A stretch of DNA of 63,249 nucleotides from Deltaproteobacteria bacterium (GTDB taxonomy: Bacteria > Myxococcota_A > UBA9160 > SMWR01): the NCBI GenBank assembly GCA_032128375.1, contig JAQBGU010000050.1:1-63249 (forward strand), read 5' to 3'. Within the stretch, counting starts at the first letter, position 1; each line of letters starts with the position of its first letter. Shown one piece after another: positions 9,537 through 18,817 of this stretch. The translations under genes and the position numbers were made by a program. Below the pieces are notes generated by a model. It was not told the origin of the DNA. It did not search any database and saw nothing but the letters and a program-made list of their open reading frames with translations.

Positions 9537-10471
9537 GCTGAGAACGCGGCACGAAGTTCACTGGCCGCTTCGTCTACCGCGCGCGCGCCGGCGTCCAGTA
9601 CGGCTCCCATCGTAAAGAATCCGTGAATCATCCCGTCGAAGCGCGTTGCCGTCGTCGCGACCCCGGCATCGCGCAGCCGCGACGCATACGCCTCGCCCTC
9701 GTCGCGGAGCGGGTCGAACTCCGCAGTGACCACGTGCGCGGGCGGCAGCCCGCTCAGATCCTTGACCCGCAGCACGGATGCGAGGGGGTTGTCTCCATCT
9801 GCATCCGACGACAAGTAGTGGCCCCAGAACCAGCGCATTGAGTTGCGACTGAGCAAGTATCCCTCAGCGTTCTCCGAGTACGACGCGGTATCGAATGAGT
9901 GGTCCGTTACGGGATACACGAGTGTCTGGTGGCACAGCGTGGGGCCACCCCGTAGGCGCGCCATCACTGCAACCGCCGCTGCCAGGTTTCCACCCGCGCT
10001 GTCGCCGCCGACAGCGATCCGGCCCGGATCGACGTTGATGCTTGCAGCGTTGGCCGCGACCCAGCGTGTCGCCGCGAAACAATCTTCCGGTGCAGCGGGA
10101 AATGGGTGCTCGGGAGCCAGCCGATAATCGACCGAGACCACCACGCAGCCCACTTTGTTGGCCAACGTCCGGCAGATGCCGTCGTGGCTGTCGAGGCTAC
10201 AGATTACCCACCCCCCACCGTGGAAGAACACCAGTACGCCGAACGGCCCGGTACCCACGGGCGTATAGATGCGAACCGGAATCTCAGCGTCGGGGCCCGG
10301 GATGGTTCGGTCATCGATTCCGGCCACCGCTTCGGTTGATGGGACGATCCCGGCCGCGGTCAGATTCCGTGCCGTCATTGGATCGACACTGGCAAAATCT
10401 GGCATCCCAGCAGCTTCGAGTTGATCGAGAATCAATCGGGCCTGCGGGTCGAGGGGCATGCTTTTCTCCAT
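9533..10471 (-). CDS. Alpha/beta hydrolase, HSL (family IV) esterase/lipase
   Basis: HGGGW, YRLAPEHPFP, GDSAGG, DPLRDEG and HGF motifs. Confidence 0.92.
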   Translation of the reverse strand: MEKSMPLDPQARLILDQLEAAGMPDFASVDPMTARNLTAAGIVPSTEAVAGIDDRTIPGPDAEIPVRIYTPVGTGPFGVLVFFHGGGWVICSLDSHDGICRTLANKVGCVVVSVDYRLAPEHPFPAAPEDCFAATRWVAANAASINVDPGRIAVGGDSAGGNLAAAVAVMARLRGGPTLCHQTLVYPVTDHSFDTASYSENAEGYLLSRNSMRWFWGHYLSSDADGDNPLASVLRVKDLSGLPPAHVVTAEFDPLRDEGEAYASRLRDAGVATTATRFDGMIHGFFTMGAVLDAGARAVDEAASELRAAFSA

Positions 10472-10578
10472 CGTCAGCGTCGCAAAAAACCGGGAAGTGA
10501 TTGGCTGCTCGAACGCGTAGAATACACTGGCGTCGCCGATGCGGCGCGCGGGTGAAAACTTGTGACTTTGAGCCGACC

Positions 10579-12345
10579 ATGAGCTTCACGACCCGACCCA
10601 CGCTGCGTGGATACGGGGGCGCGGTATGTGCGGGTCACTATCTCGCGACCCAAATCGGGGCGCTGCAACTGGCTGCGGGCGGCAACGCGGCTGATGCCGC
10701 CTGTGCAATGGGATTTGCACTGCAGGTGCTGGAACCGACCCAAAACGGCCCGGCCGGGGAAGTTCCAATCCTCGTATTCGACGCAGCGGAAGATCGAACC
10801 TATGCGATCTCGGGTCAGGGAACGGCGCCAGCAGCCGCAAACATCGAGACGATGCAACGCTTGGGCATCGACCGGATCCCATCCGACGGCTTTCTCGCCG
10901 CGACGGTTCCGGCAGCGCTGGACGCCTGGTGTCGCCTACTCGAACAATTTGGAACGCGAAGCCTCGCGGACGTAATGTCTCCGGCGCAATCGCTGGCCAA
11001 ACGAGGATTCCCGATGTACCGGTTCTTGCAGGCGGTGCTGCAAGTAGTCGCGCGCCGGTTCGAGATGGAGTGGCCGACGAGCGCGGCGATCTATTGCCCG
11101 GTTCGCGAAATTGGCGAACGCCAGACAAACCCCGCGCTGGCCGGGTTCTTCGCCGGCTTGATCGAAGCGGAGCGCGCGGCCTCGGGAGGCCGCGAGGCGG
11201 GGATCCGCGCCGCGCGTGATGCGTTTTATCGCGGAAGGACGGCCGAGCAGATCGGGGCCTTTTTGCGCGATCCGATCCGCGACGTCACCGGTCGGGAGCA
11301 CGCCGGCCTGCTCACTGCCGACGATCTCGCCAATTACTCCGGACGCGTAGAGCAGCCGCTATCGATTTCGTATCGAGGAGCCGAAGTATGGAAGTGCGGA
11401 CCTTGGTCGCAGGGCCCTGTCTTCCTGCAGCAGCTTCGGTTGCTCGAAGGCTTCGACCTATCGGCAATGGGCCAAGGCAAGATCGACGGGATCCACACCT
11501 GGATCGAGTGCGCGAAGCTCGCATTCGCGGACCGCGATGCCAATTACGCGGACCCAGATTTCGCCAATGTGCCACTCGACGTATTGCTGTCCGAAACCTA
11601 TGCAACCGAGCGGCGATCGCTTGTAGACCCAAGTAGCGCCTCGCTCGAGCTTCGACCCGGCATCGGACGACTGCCCGAAGGCTGGCCGCTGTTGTCGAAG
11701 GCCGGACACCGGTCGGCAGCCGAGCCGCAGGCGCTCGCCGCCGCCGAAGGCCGCCGCGACACGACGCAGCTGGTCGCTGCGGATGCCTTCGGGAACCTGA
11801 TCTGCGCGACCCCGAGTGGCGGTTGGCTCCCGAGTTCTCCGGTCATCGGCGAACTGGGATTCCCGATCGGCACCAGAGCGCAGATGTTTACACTCGATCC
11901 AACCCACCCCAATGCGCTCCAACCAGGCAAACGTCCGCGCACGACGCTGACCCCGTCGCTGGCCCGCATGCCTGATGGCCGGCGGATGGCATTCGGCACG
12001 CCAGGCGGCGATCAACAGGACCAGTGGACCTCGCAATTCTTCGTGAACCTGATCGATCACCGAATGCACGACCTGCAGCTGGCGATCGATCAGCCAACGG
12101 TCCATAGCCTCCACATGCCGAGTTCATTTTACCCAAGACATGCGGAACTCGGAGTCGTAGCGGCCGAAAACCGTTTCGAGCCAGCCCTTCTTCCACAGCT
12201 CGAAGCGCGCGGCCATCGCGTCTGGCGCGGCCAGGCGTGGGAACACGGCCGCGTACTCGCCGTGACGAGCGACCCCGAGTCGGGCCAGCTCGAGGCCGCG
12301 GCCTCGCCACGTTTCGGCGTCGCCTACGCGGCGATGCTTCCGTGA
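10579..12345 (+). CDS. ggt: Gamma-glutamyltransferase family protein
   Basis: GGNAADAA, TVP, catalytic DTT, PGKRPRTTLTP and FGTPGGDQQDQW. ATG at 10579. Confidence 0.88.
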   Translation: MSFTTRPTLRGYGGAVCAGHYLATQIGALQLAAGGNAADAACAMGFALQVLEPTQNGPAGEVPILVFDAAEDRTYAISGQGTAPAAANIETMQRLGIDRIPSDGFLAATVPAALDAWCRLLEQFGTRSLADVMSPAQSLAKRGFPMYRFLQAVLQVVARRFEMEWPTSAAIYCPVREIGERQTNPALAGFFAGLIEAERAASGGREAGIRAARDAFYRGRTAEQIGAFLRDPIRDVTGREHAGLLTADDLANYSGRVEQPLSISYRGAEVWKCGPWSQGPVFLQQLRLLEGFDLSAMGQGKIDGIHTWIECAKLAFADRDANYADPDFANVPLDVLLSETYATERRSLVDPSSASLELRPGIGRLPEGWPLLSKAGHRSAAEPQALAAAEGRRDTTQLVAADAFGNLICATPSGGWLPSSPVIGELGFPIGTRAQMFTLDPTHPNALQPGKRPRTTLTPSLARMPDGRRMAFGTPGGDQQDQWTSQFFVNLIDHRMHDLQLAIDQPTVHSLHMPSSFYPRHAELGVVAAENRFEPALLPQLEARGHRVWRGQAWEHGRVLAVTSDPESGQLEAAASPRFGVAYAAMLP

Positions 12346-12478
12346 ATCCTGTCGCCGGCGGTTCGTTCAGTGTCCGGCGCCGGGTCCCGAACACCGTCGT
12401 TGCCGTCGACGACGAGAATCGTGCCGTGACGCCCGCAGCCAGCCACACCCAACGAGGCGTGAGTGCTGCACATTCGTT

Positions 12479-12494
12479 TTGACAGAAATTGTCA
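12479..12494 (+). promoter_or_regulatory. Perfect TTGACA overlapped by a TGACA-N5-TGTCA palindrome upstream of uvrA
   Basis: Sequence ttgacagaaattgtca, about 70 bp before the uvrA start. Confidence 0.35.
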
Positions 12495-12564
12495 CCAGGA
12501 TTGTGAATGCGGACGCATCTTCTGATTCCGCAGCTCGAAATTACAGTATGCTGGATTGCCCCCT

Positions 12565-15441
12565 ATGGAACTCGAGCACATTCACATCCGCGGCGCGCGT
12601 GAGCACAACCTGCGCTCGATCGACGTCAAGATTCCCAAGAAAAAACTGGTCGTGCTGACCGGTGTTTCGGGCTCTGGGAAATCGTCTCTTGCATTCGACA
12701 CGCTGTACGCTGACGGCCAGCGTCGATACGTCGAGTCCCTTTCCGCTTACGCGCGGCAGTTCCTCGGCCAGATGGAAAAGCCGAAGTACGACTCGATCCG
12801 TGGGCTGTCGCCAACGATCTCGATCGAGCAGAAAACCACTGGAAGCAATCCGCGTTCAACCGTAGGCACGATCACTGAAATCTCGGACTACCTGCGAGTC
12901 CTGTACGCACGGGTCGGCATTCAACACTGTCATCAGTGCGGCAGACCCGTTCGCGGCCAAACCGCGCAGCAGATCGCAAAAGAACTGCTGGCAGCCCCGG
13001 ACGGGACCCAGCTGGTCTTGCTCGCACCGCTGCTTGTCAACCGCAAGGGAGAACACCGCGAGCTGTTGGCCGAAATGCGGCGAGCGGGCTTCGTTCGGTT
13101 GCGGATCGACGGTGAGATCACGCTCACAGAGGATGTGACCGCGCTCGACAAACGCAAGAAACACACCGTCGAGGCGGTAATCGATCGGGTTGCCATAACG
13201 AATAAGAGCTCCGGTTCGAAATCGAACACCTCACGGGTCACCGAATCTGTGGAGACCGCACTCAAGATCGGTGATGGGATACTGATCGCTGCCGCGGTCG
13301 GTGTGCGAGACAGGGTCTTTTCTGAATCGATGGCTTGCGCCGATTGCGGGATCTCGTTTCCCGATCCGACTCCGCAGAGTTTTTCGTTCAACAGCCCGCA
13401 GGGTATGTGCGTCGAGTGCAACGGTTTGGGATCGCGGGTCGAAATTGATCCCCAGCTCGTCGTGCCCGACAACGCTCTGTCTATCGACGAAGGCGCCATC
13501 AAGCCCTGGGGTACAAACGTCTCGACCAAGACGGGCTGGTCGAACGGCTTTCGAGCGCAGGTCTGCGCGCAGATCGGGGTCGATACCGACAAACCGTGGC
13601 GCTCGTTGCCGAAGCAACACCGAGAGATGTTATTGTACGGGTCGGGCGACCGGAAGTTCAACGTAGAGTGGTCCGGAAAATCCAGTCAGGGAACCTTCGA
13701 CATGAACTGGGAGGGCGCGATTCCGCGCCTGATGCGGAGGTTCATGCAGACCAGCTCGGAGCGCGCGAAGCGCTGGTACGCGCAATGGATCGGCGACGCG
13801 CGCTGTTCGAGCTGCAATGGCTCACGTCTGAGGGCCGAGAGCGCGGCGGTGTTACTCGGCGAGGGCAAGCTCGCCACCAGCCTCGTCGACGTTTCATCGA
13901 TGACGGTCGAAGATGCCCGAAAGTTCTTCGATTCGATGAAGTTGAAAGGGGCTGCGCAGCAAATCGCAGCTGAGGTGCGCAAGGAGATCGTCGCGCGACT
14001 CGATTTTCTGTCTTCGGTGGGGCTCGGCTACCTCTCGCTCGATCGTGCGGGTCCGTCACTTTCAGGCGGCGAGTCTCAGCGAATCCGGCTGGCGAGCCAG
14101 ATCGGATCCGAACTGACCGGCGTCATCTATATCCTCGATGAACCGTCGATCGGGCTCCATCAGCGCGACAACCGCCGGCTGCTTTCGACGTTGACCCGGA
14201 TGCGTGACATCGGAAATACCGTCGTCGTGGTCGAACACGACGAAGAGACGATTCGCGCCGCAGATCATGTAATCGATTTCGGCCCCGGTGCGGGCGTGGC
14301 CGGCGGACGAATCGTCTACGCCGGAACGCCAAAGGGCATCGAGAAGTGCCGTAGCTCGCTGACGGGAGCCTACTTGTCGGGCCGGCTCGAGATCGCGGTC
14401 CCCGACACCCGACGTCAACCGACTGGCAGCATCAAGATAACGGGGGCAAACGAGAACAATCTACGTGACCTGGATGTTGAATTTCCGTTGGGCGTTCTCA
14501 CCGCGGTGACCGGCGTTTCAGGTGCGGGGAAGTCGACGCTGGTCAATGACATCCTGTATCCGGCGTTGTCGCGAAAGTTCCACAACTCGACTCGGCGCAT
14601 CGGAAGCCATGGCGCGGTCCACGGTCTCGATCAACTCGACAAGGTGATCAATATCGATCAGCGGCCCATCGGCCGAACGCCGCGCAGCAACCCAGCCACC
14701 TACATCAAGGTTTTCGATGATATTCGTAACTTCTTCGCACAGCTCCCCGACTCGCGCGTACACGGATACAAGCCGGGCCGATTTTCGTTCAATGTCAAGG
14801 GCGGCCGCTGCGAGGCATGCCAGGGCGATGGTGTACGAAAGATCGAAATGCACTTTCTCGCCGACGTGTATGTCAAGTGCGAGGACTGCGGTGGGCGTCG
14901 ATTCAACGATGCGACTCTGCGAGTGACCTACAAGGGCTTGTCGATCGCCGACGTGCTCGAACTCACTGTGAAAGAAGCCGCCGAAGTATTCTCTGCTCAT
15001 CCGAAGATCGCCGGGCCGATCTCCCTGCTGACGGATGTCGGTCTCGAATACCTCCACCTCGGCCAACCCTCTCCGACGTTATCGGGTGGCGAGGCACAGC
15101 GAATCAAGCTGGCCAGAGAGCTGTCGAAACGCGCCACCGGGCGAACCCTGTATCTTCTCGATGAGCCCACTACGGGTCTCCACTTCGATGACACGCGGAA
15201 GCTCCTCGAAGTATTGGGGCGCCTGGTCGACGCCGGCAACTCGATCGTCGTGATTGAACACAACCTCGATGTGATCAAGACTGCTGACTGGGTGATCGAT
15301 CTGGGACCCGAGGGCGGCCCCGACGGCGGCCAACTGCTGGCAAGCGGTACGCCAGAACGCGTTGCGCAGAATGAGGCATCACACACCGGCCGATACCTGA
15401 AGGCACAGCTGAGACCTCGGCGCACGTCGCGTCAGAAGTAA
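12565..15441 (+). CDS. uvrA: Excinuclease ABC subunit A
   Basis: GAREHNL, two Walker A motifs ([16 protein letters not shown]), Zn-finger CxxC motifs and two LSGGE signatures. Confidence 0.97.
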   Translation: MELEHIHIRGAREHNLRSIDVKIPKKKLVVLTGVSGSGKSSLAFDTLYADGQRRYVESLSAYARQFLGQMEKPKYDSIRGLSPTISIEQKTTGSNPRSTVGTITEISDYLRVLYARVGIQHCHQCGRPVRGQTAQQIAKELLAAPDGTQLVLLAPLLVNRKGEHRELLAEMRRAGFVRLRIDGEITLTEDVTALDKRKKHTVEAVIDRVAITNKSSGSKSNTSRVTESVETALKIGDGILIAAAVGVRDRVFSESMACADCGISFPDPTPQSFSFNSPQGMCVECNGLGSRVEIDPQLVVPDNALSIDEGAIKPWGTNVSTKTGWSNGFRAQVCAQIGVDTDKPWRSLPKQHREMLLYGSGDRKFNVEWSGKSSQGTFDMNWEGAIPRLMRRFMQTSSERAKRWYAQWIGDARCSSCNGSRLRAESAAVLLGEGKLATSLVDVSSMTVEDARKFFDSMKLKGAAQQIAAEVRKEIVARLDFLSSVGLGYLSLDRAGPSLSGGESQRIRLASQIGSELTGVIYILDEPSIGLHQRDNRRLLSTLTRMRDIGNTVVVVEHDEETIRAADHVIDFGPGAGVAGGRIVYAGTPKGIEKCRSSLTGAYLSGRLEIAVPDTRRQPTGSIKITGANENNLRDLDVEFPLGVLTAVTGVSGAGKSTLVNDILYPALSRKFHNSTRRIGSHGAVHGLDQLDKVINIDQRPIGRTPRSNPATYIKVFDDIRNFFAQLPDSRVHGYKPGRFSFNVKGGRCEACQGDGVRKIEMHFLADVYVKCEDCGGRRFNDATLRVTYKGLSIADVLELTVKEAAEVFSAHPKIAGPISLLTDVGLEYLHLGQPSPTLSGGEAQRIKLARELSKRATGRTLYLLDEPTTGLHFDDTRKLLEVLGRLVDAGNSIVVIEHNLDVIKTADWVIDLGPEGGPDGGQLLASGTPERVAQNEASHTGRYLKAQLRPRRTSRQK

Positions 15442-15517
15442 ATTTCTCTGCCTGGCAGCTTCAGTCATTGCGAGTTCCCCCAGAGAAAACTCGTGGCTAG
15501 CAGCGTCGTCCCAGCGG

Positions 15518-17830
15518 CTACTTCCCGGCGCCATTTGCGTCCCTCGCGCGGTATATCGAAATCCGATCTCGGATCTCCTGAGCGAACTCCTGTTGCCCAC
15601 CGCTCGCTTCGACGAGCGCGAGCGCCTGTGTGGCGTTCTCGATGGCCTCACGCCATCTGGCTGCGGCCGCGCAGGCGACCGCCAACGTGTCGAAGACTTC
15701 CGCACCGGGGGCGTGCGATGATGCAACGGCCTCCTGTGCGAGAGCCACTGCTTCAGCCGACGCTCCGCTCTCGCTGTCATTTGCGAGCAGCCAAGCCAGA
15801 TCGTTGAGGTTCGCGGGACTGCGGTCGCCGAGACCGATCGCGGTGCGATAGTGCGAAATTGCCAGTTCCAACCGATTCGCACCACGAGCCAACCCCGCGG
15901 CGATCGAATGGAACTTGGCATTCTCGGGTTCGAGCCGGATCGCTTGCGCGATCGATTCCAGTCCGGCGGCGAAGCCGTCGCGTTCGGCCAGCGCCAGAGC
16001 CAGATTGGCGTGAACCAACGGGAGTCCGGGCTCAGCCTCGCGCGCGATCTCGAGATGGGCGATCGCAGCCACTGGCTGCTTCGATTGAAACAGCGCAATC
16101 CCGAGGTTTCCGTGCACACTGCCGAGCTTGGGATTCAGCGCCACTGCGTGCTCCAATTTTGCGATCGCCTCCGGATAGGCGCCATCAGCCAGCAGTGCCA
16201 GACCGAGGTGGCCGTACGTTTCGGCAGAGGGCTCCCGTTCGAGTACGCGGCGGTATATATCCACCGCCTCTGCGCCGCGCCCGGCGTCCAGCAAGGCGCC
16301 GCCGAGCCCGCTGAGCCAGCGCGAAGAGCCCGGATCACGAACCAGCGCAGCGCGATACTGTGCGATGGCCAGCTCGGGCCGAGATCGCCCGCGAAGCACG
16401 TCCCCAAGAACGCCGTGCGCGATCGCCGAACGCGGTGCAATCTCCAGCGCTTCGCGAAGATGAATTTCGGCCTCCTCGTATCGCTGGGCGTTGACGAGCG
16501 CGACTCCGATATTGATGTGTGCGACGTGGTTTCTGTCTGTGACAGCCAGCGCATGCTCGAACAGAGTCGTGCTGTCCTTCCACAACCGAACTTGATTACG
16601 AGTCGTCAGGGTCATCGCCAGCAGCGAAAGGCCGGCCGCCACGATGATCGCCAACTCGACTGCTCTACCTCGGGATGTGAGTTTTTCTGCCGAGTAGGCG
16701 ACAATGATCGACAAGCCGATCAGCGGCAGGTACATGTACCGATCCGCCATCGCGGCTTGACCGACCTGGACGATTCCAATAACAGGAATGAGTGTCCCAC
16801 CGAACCAGAACCAGCCAATGGCGAGGTGCGGCCAGCGGGGCCACCAATGCCAGACGCCCCACGAAATGGCCGCGCCGAAAATCACCGCCGCTCCGACCTG
16901 CGCAATTGTCAGCGAGCCCATCGGGTGCGGGTAATACGCAGCCAAATGGGTCGGCCAGAACGCGTGAGCCAAATAGGCCATGTAGGAAACCGCCGCGTTC
17001 CCGAGCCGAGCAGACAACCCGATGTCTGCAAGCGATTGCACCGCGCCTCCGGCGCTTTGCGACGCGACGGTCACTGCGGCTGCCGACGCGGCGATGGCAA
17101 ATAGTGGCAGCTTTTCGCGGATCGCCCGCCCGACACTGAGCTTCCCCCCCGAAATTCGAAGTCGCCGTAACGGCCAGGCATCGACCAGCATCAGTACGAA
17201 CGGCAGCGTGACGAGAGTCGGCTTGGCCATCAGCCCGAGCGCCAGGCTCAGCGCGACACCGGCCCGGGGCCCGCGTGCACCCCTGCGATCACCCGCGTCC
17301 ATTCTCTGCGAGGCTTCGGCATATGCAATCAAGGCGAGCATCCAAAAGGCGCCACTGACGACGTCCTTGCGTGCCGACGCCCAGGCGACCGATTCGACAT
17401 GCAGCGGATGAACAGCGAACACAGCCGCGACAAACGCGCTGGGACCCACTCTTCGCGTCAAGCGAGCCAAGGCGACGAACAGCAGCACAGTGTTCACGCA
17501 GTGAAGGAGCAGGCTGGTGCGATGAAAGCCCGCCGCCTGCGGGCCGTAGAGTTCAATGTCCGTCATCCACGACAGCCAGGTCAGTGGGAACCAGTTGGCG
17601 CCATGAAAGGTCGAAAACGCCCAGCCAATGCTCTCGCGGGTCAGACCCAGGCGAACATGGGGATTTCCCAGGATATACAGGCGATCGTCGTAGTTGACGA
17701 ATCCGTTGTTCAAACCCGGCCAGTAGGCGAGCAACGCCGCCGCCACCAACGCGAAGGCGACCGCAAACGCACCGGGCAGCCAGCGCGATTGGGGGGCGAT
17801 CTTTTGACCGGCCTCGTCAGCCATCAGCAC
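15518..17830 (-). CDS. TMTC-like GT-C membrane glycosyltransferase with C-terminal TPR array
   Basis: Loop-1 NYDD..YI..NPHV, ANWFPLTWLS, HPLHVESVAW..RKD and ADRYMY, many TM helices, then multiple TPRs. Confidence 0.8.
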   Translation of the reverse strand: MLMADEAGQKIAPQSRWLPGAFAVAFALVAAALLAYWPGLNNGFVNYDDRLYILGNPHVRLGLTRESIGWAFSTFHGANWFPLTWLSWMTDIELYGPQAAGFHRTSLLLHCVNTVLLFVALARLTRRVGPSAFVAAVFAVHPLHVESVAWASARKDVVSGAFWMLALIAYAEASQRMDAGDRRGARGPRAGVALSLALGLMAKPTLVTLPFVLMLVDAWPLRRLRISGGKLSVGRAIREKLPLFAIAASAAAVTVASQSAGGAVQSLADIGLSARLGNAAVSYMAYLAHAFWPTHLAAYYPHPMGSLTIAQVGAAVIFGAAISWGVWHWWPRWPHLAIGWFWFGGTLIPVIGIVQVGQAAMADRYMYLPLIGLSIIVAYSAEKLTSRGRAVELAIIVAAGLSLLAMTLTTRNQVRLWKDSTTLFEHALAVTDRNHVAHINIGVALVNAQRYEEAEIHLREALEIAPRSAIAHGVLGDVLRGRSRPELAIAQYRAALVRDPGSSRWLSGLGGALLDAGRGAEAVDIYRRVLEREPSAETYGHLGLALLADGAYPEAIAKLEHAVALNPKLGSVHGNLGIALFQSKQPVAAIAHLEIAREAEPGLPLVHANLALALAERDGFAAGLESIAQAIRLEPENAKFHSIAAGLARGANRLELAISHYRTAIGLGDRSPANLNDLAWLLANDSESGASAEAVALAQEAVASSHAPGAEVFDTLAVACAAAARWREAIENATQALALVEASGGQQEFAQEIRDRISIYRARDANGAGK

Positions 17831-17968
17831 CCGCCTCGTCCTGTCTTCGGCTGAGGCCCGCTAGCGGGTCACGAGCCGGACCGTGGCCCGAGACTCGGAC
17901 ATTGGACGGCGAAATGCGAATCTCCCGGATTCGTCAGGTGGCTGCACCGCCGTAGGGCTCGCCCCGGA

Positions 17969-18619
17969 CTAGCGACTGCGTTTGCGATGGCGCCTTCGGC
18001 GGGCGAAGACGATCAGACCCGCAAGCGTTAGCCCAAAGCTGCCCGGTTCGGGCAAAGCCGCGAGCGGAATCGGACCTCCAGGCTGTGGATCATCGAAGTT
18101 GAGACCATCGCCGAGCGGTCGGGGATCGTCCAGGGACAAAAGACTTGGATCAGGCGGTCCGATATCACCCGTAATCGCACCGACCAGAATCGGATCCTTG
18201 AAAATGACATCACTAATCTGCCGGTCGACATCGTCCATCACGATCATGTCGCCATGCTTTCGCGGGAAGCTCAGCAGCCTGGAAAATCGCAGCGACATCG
18301 GATCGTTCGACAATCGGGTTCGCGTGAACAAGTGCTGCAGGTCGAGCAACTCGGGAACATAGCCCGTGCCAAAGTCCAGCGGTTCTAGCGGAAGCGGAAG
18401 CGGCGGCATTCCGGGGATGGTTTCGTCGAAATCGAGCTCGGGTGATCGGTATTCTGCGTCCGAACTGGGCAGCTGAGACTCGTCGACCATCACACTGATG
18501 ACCTGGGGCGCCAGCGCCCCCCCCAACACCAGAAGCGGGAACATGATAGCCGCAAGGACGACAAACCGTCTTCGCCAGAGCGACTCGTGGGACGAGTCCG
18601 CCTCCCCTCTCGGCATCAC
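17969..18619 (-). CDS. PEP-CTERM sorting domain protein (Pro/Asp-rich)
   Basis: N-terminal hydrophobic segment and C-terminal LPEPGSFGLTLAGLIVFARRRRHRKRSR. SD AGGAGG. Confidence 0.8.
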   Translation of the reverse strand: MMPRGEADSSHESLWRRRFVVLAAIMFPLLVLGGALAPQVISVMVDESQLPSSDAEYRSPELDFDETIPGMPPLPLPLEPLDFGTGYVPELLDLQHLFTRTRLSNDPMSLRFSRLLSFPRKHGDMIVMDDVDRQISDVIFKDPILVGAITGDIGPPDPSLLSLDDPRPLGDGLNFDDPQPGGPIPLAALPEPGSFGLTLAGLIVFARRRRHRKRSR

Positions 18620-18715
18620 TACCTCCTAGCGACTCCACGGGGGGCGTGAACCTGAAAGATCCCTGAATGAGTGGGGTGGATTGCAGTAGATCTGGACCGG
18701 ATGGACACGGCTTCT

Positions 18716-18743
18716 ATATCGGGGAAATACCGGTCGAGCTTTA
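18716..18743 (-). promoter_or_regulatory. Sigma28/FliA-like promoter for the PEP-CTERM gene
   Basis: Minus strand TAAAG-N15-CCCGATAT, close to the FliA consensus TAAA-N15/16-GCCGATAA. Confidence 0.55.
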
Positions 18744-18817
18744 CCGGAGTAAGCACTTGATGCGCAGCAATCGATCGATTTCAGGGATGCGTGTCTGCTG
18801 CGGTAGGGAGTTGCGAT

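Noticed and set aside
12530..12550. E. coli-type LexA box near uvrA (ACAGTA half-site)
   Set aside because: The matching CTGT half-site is absent.
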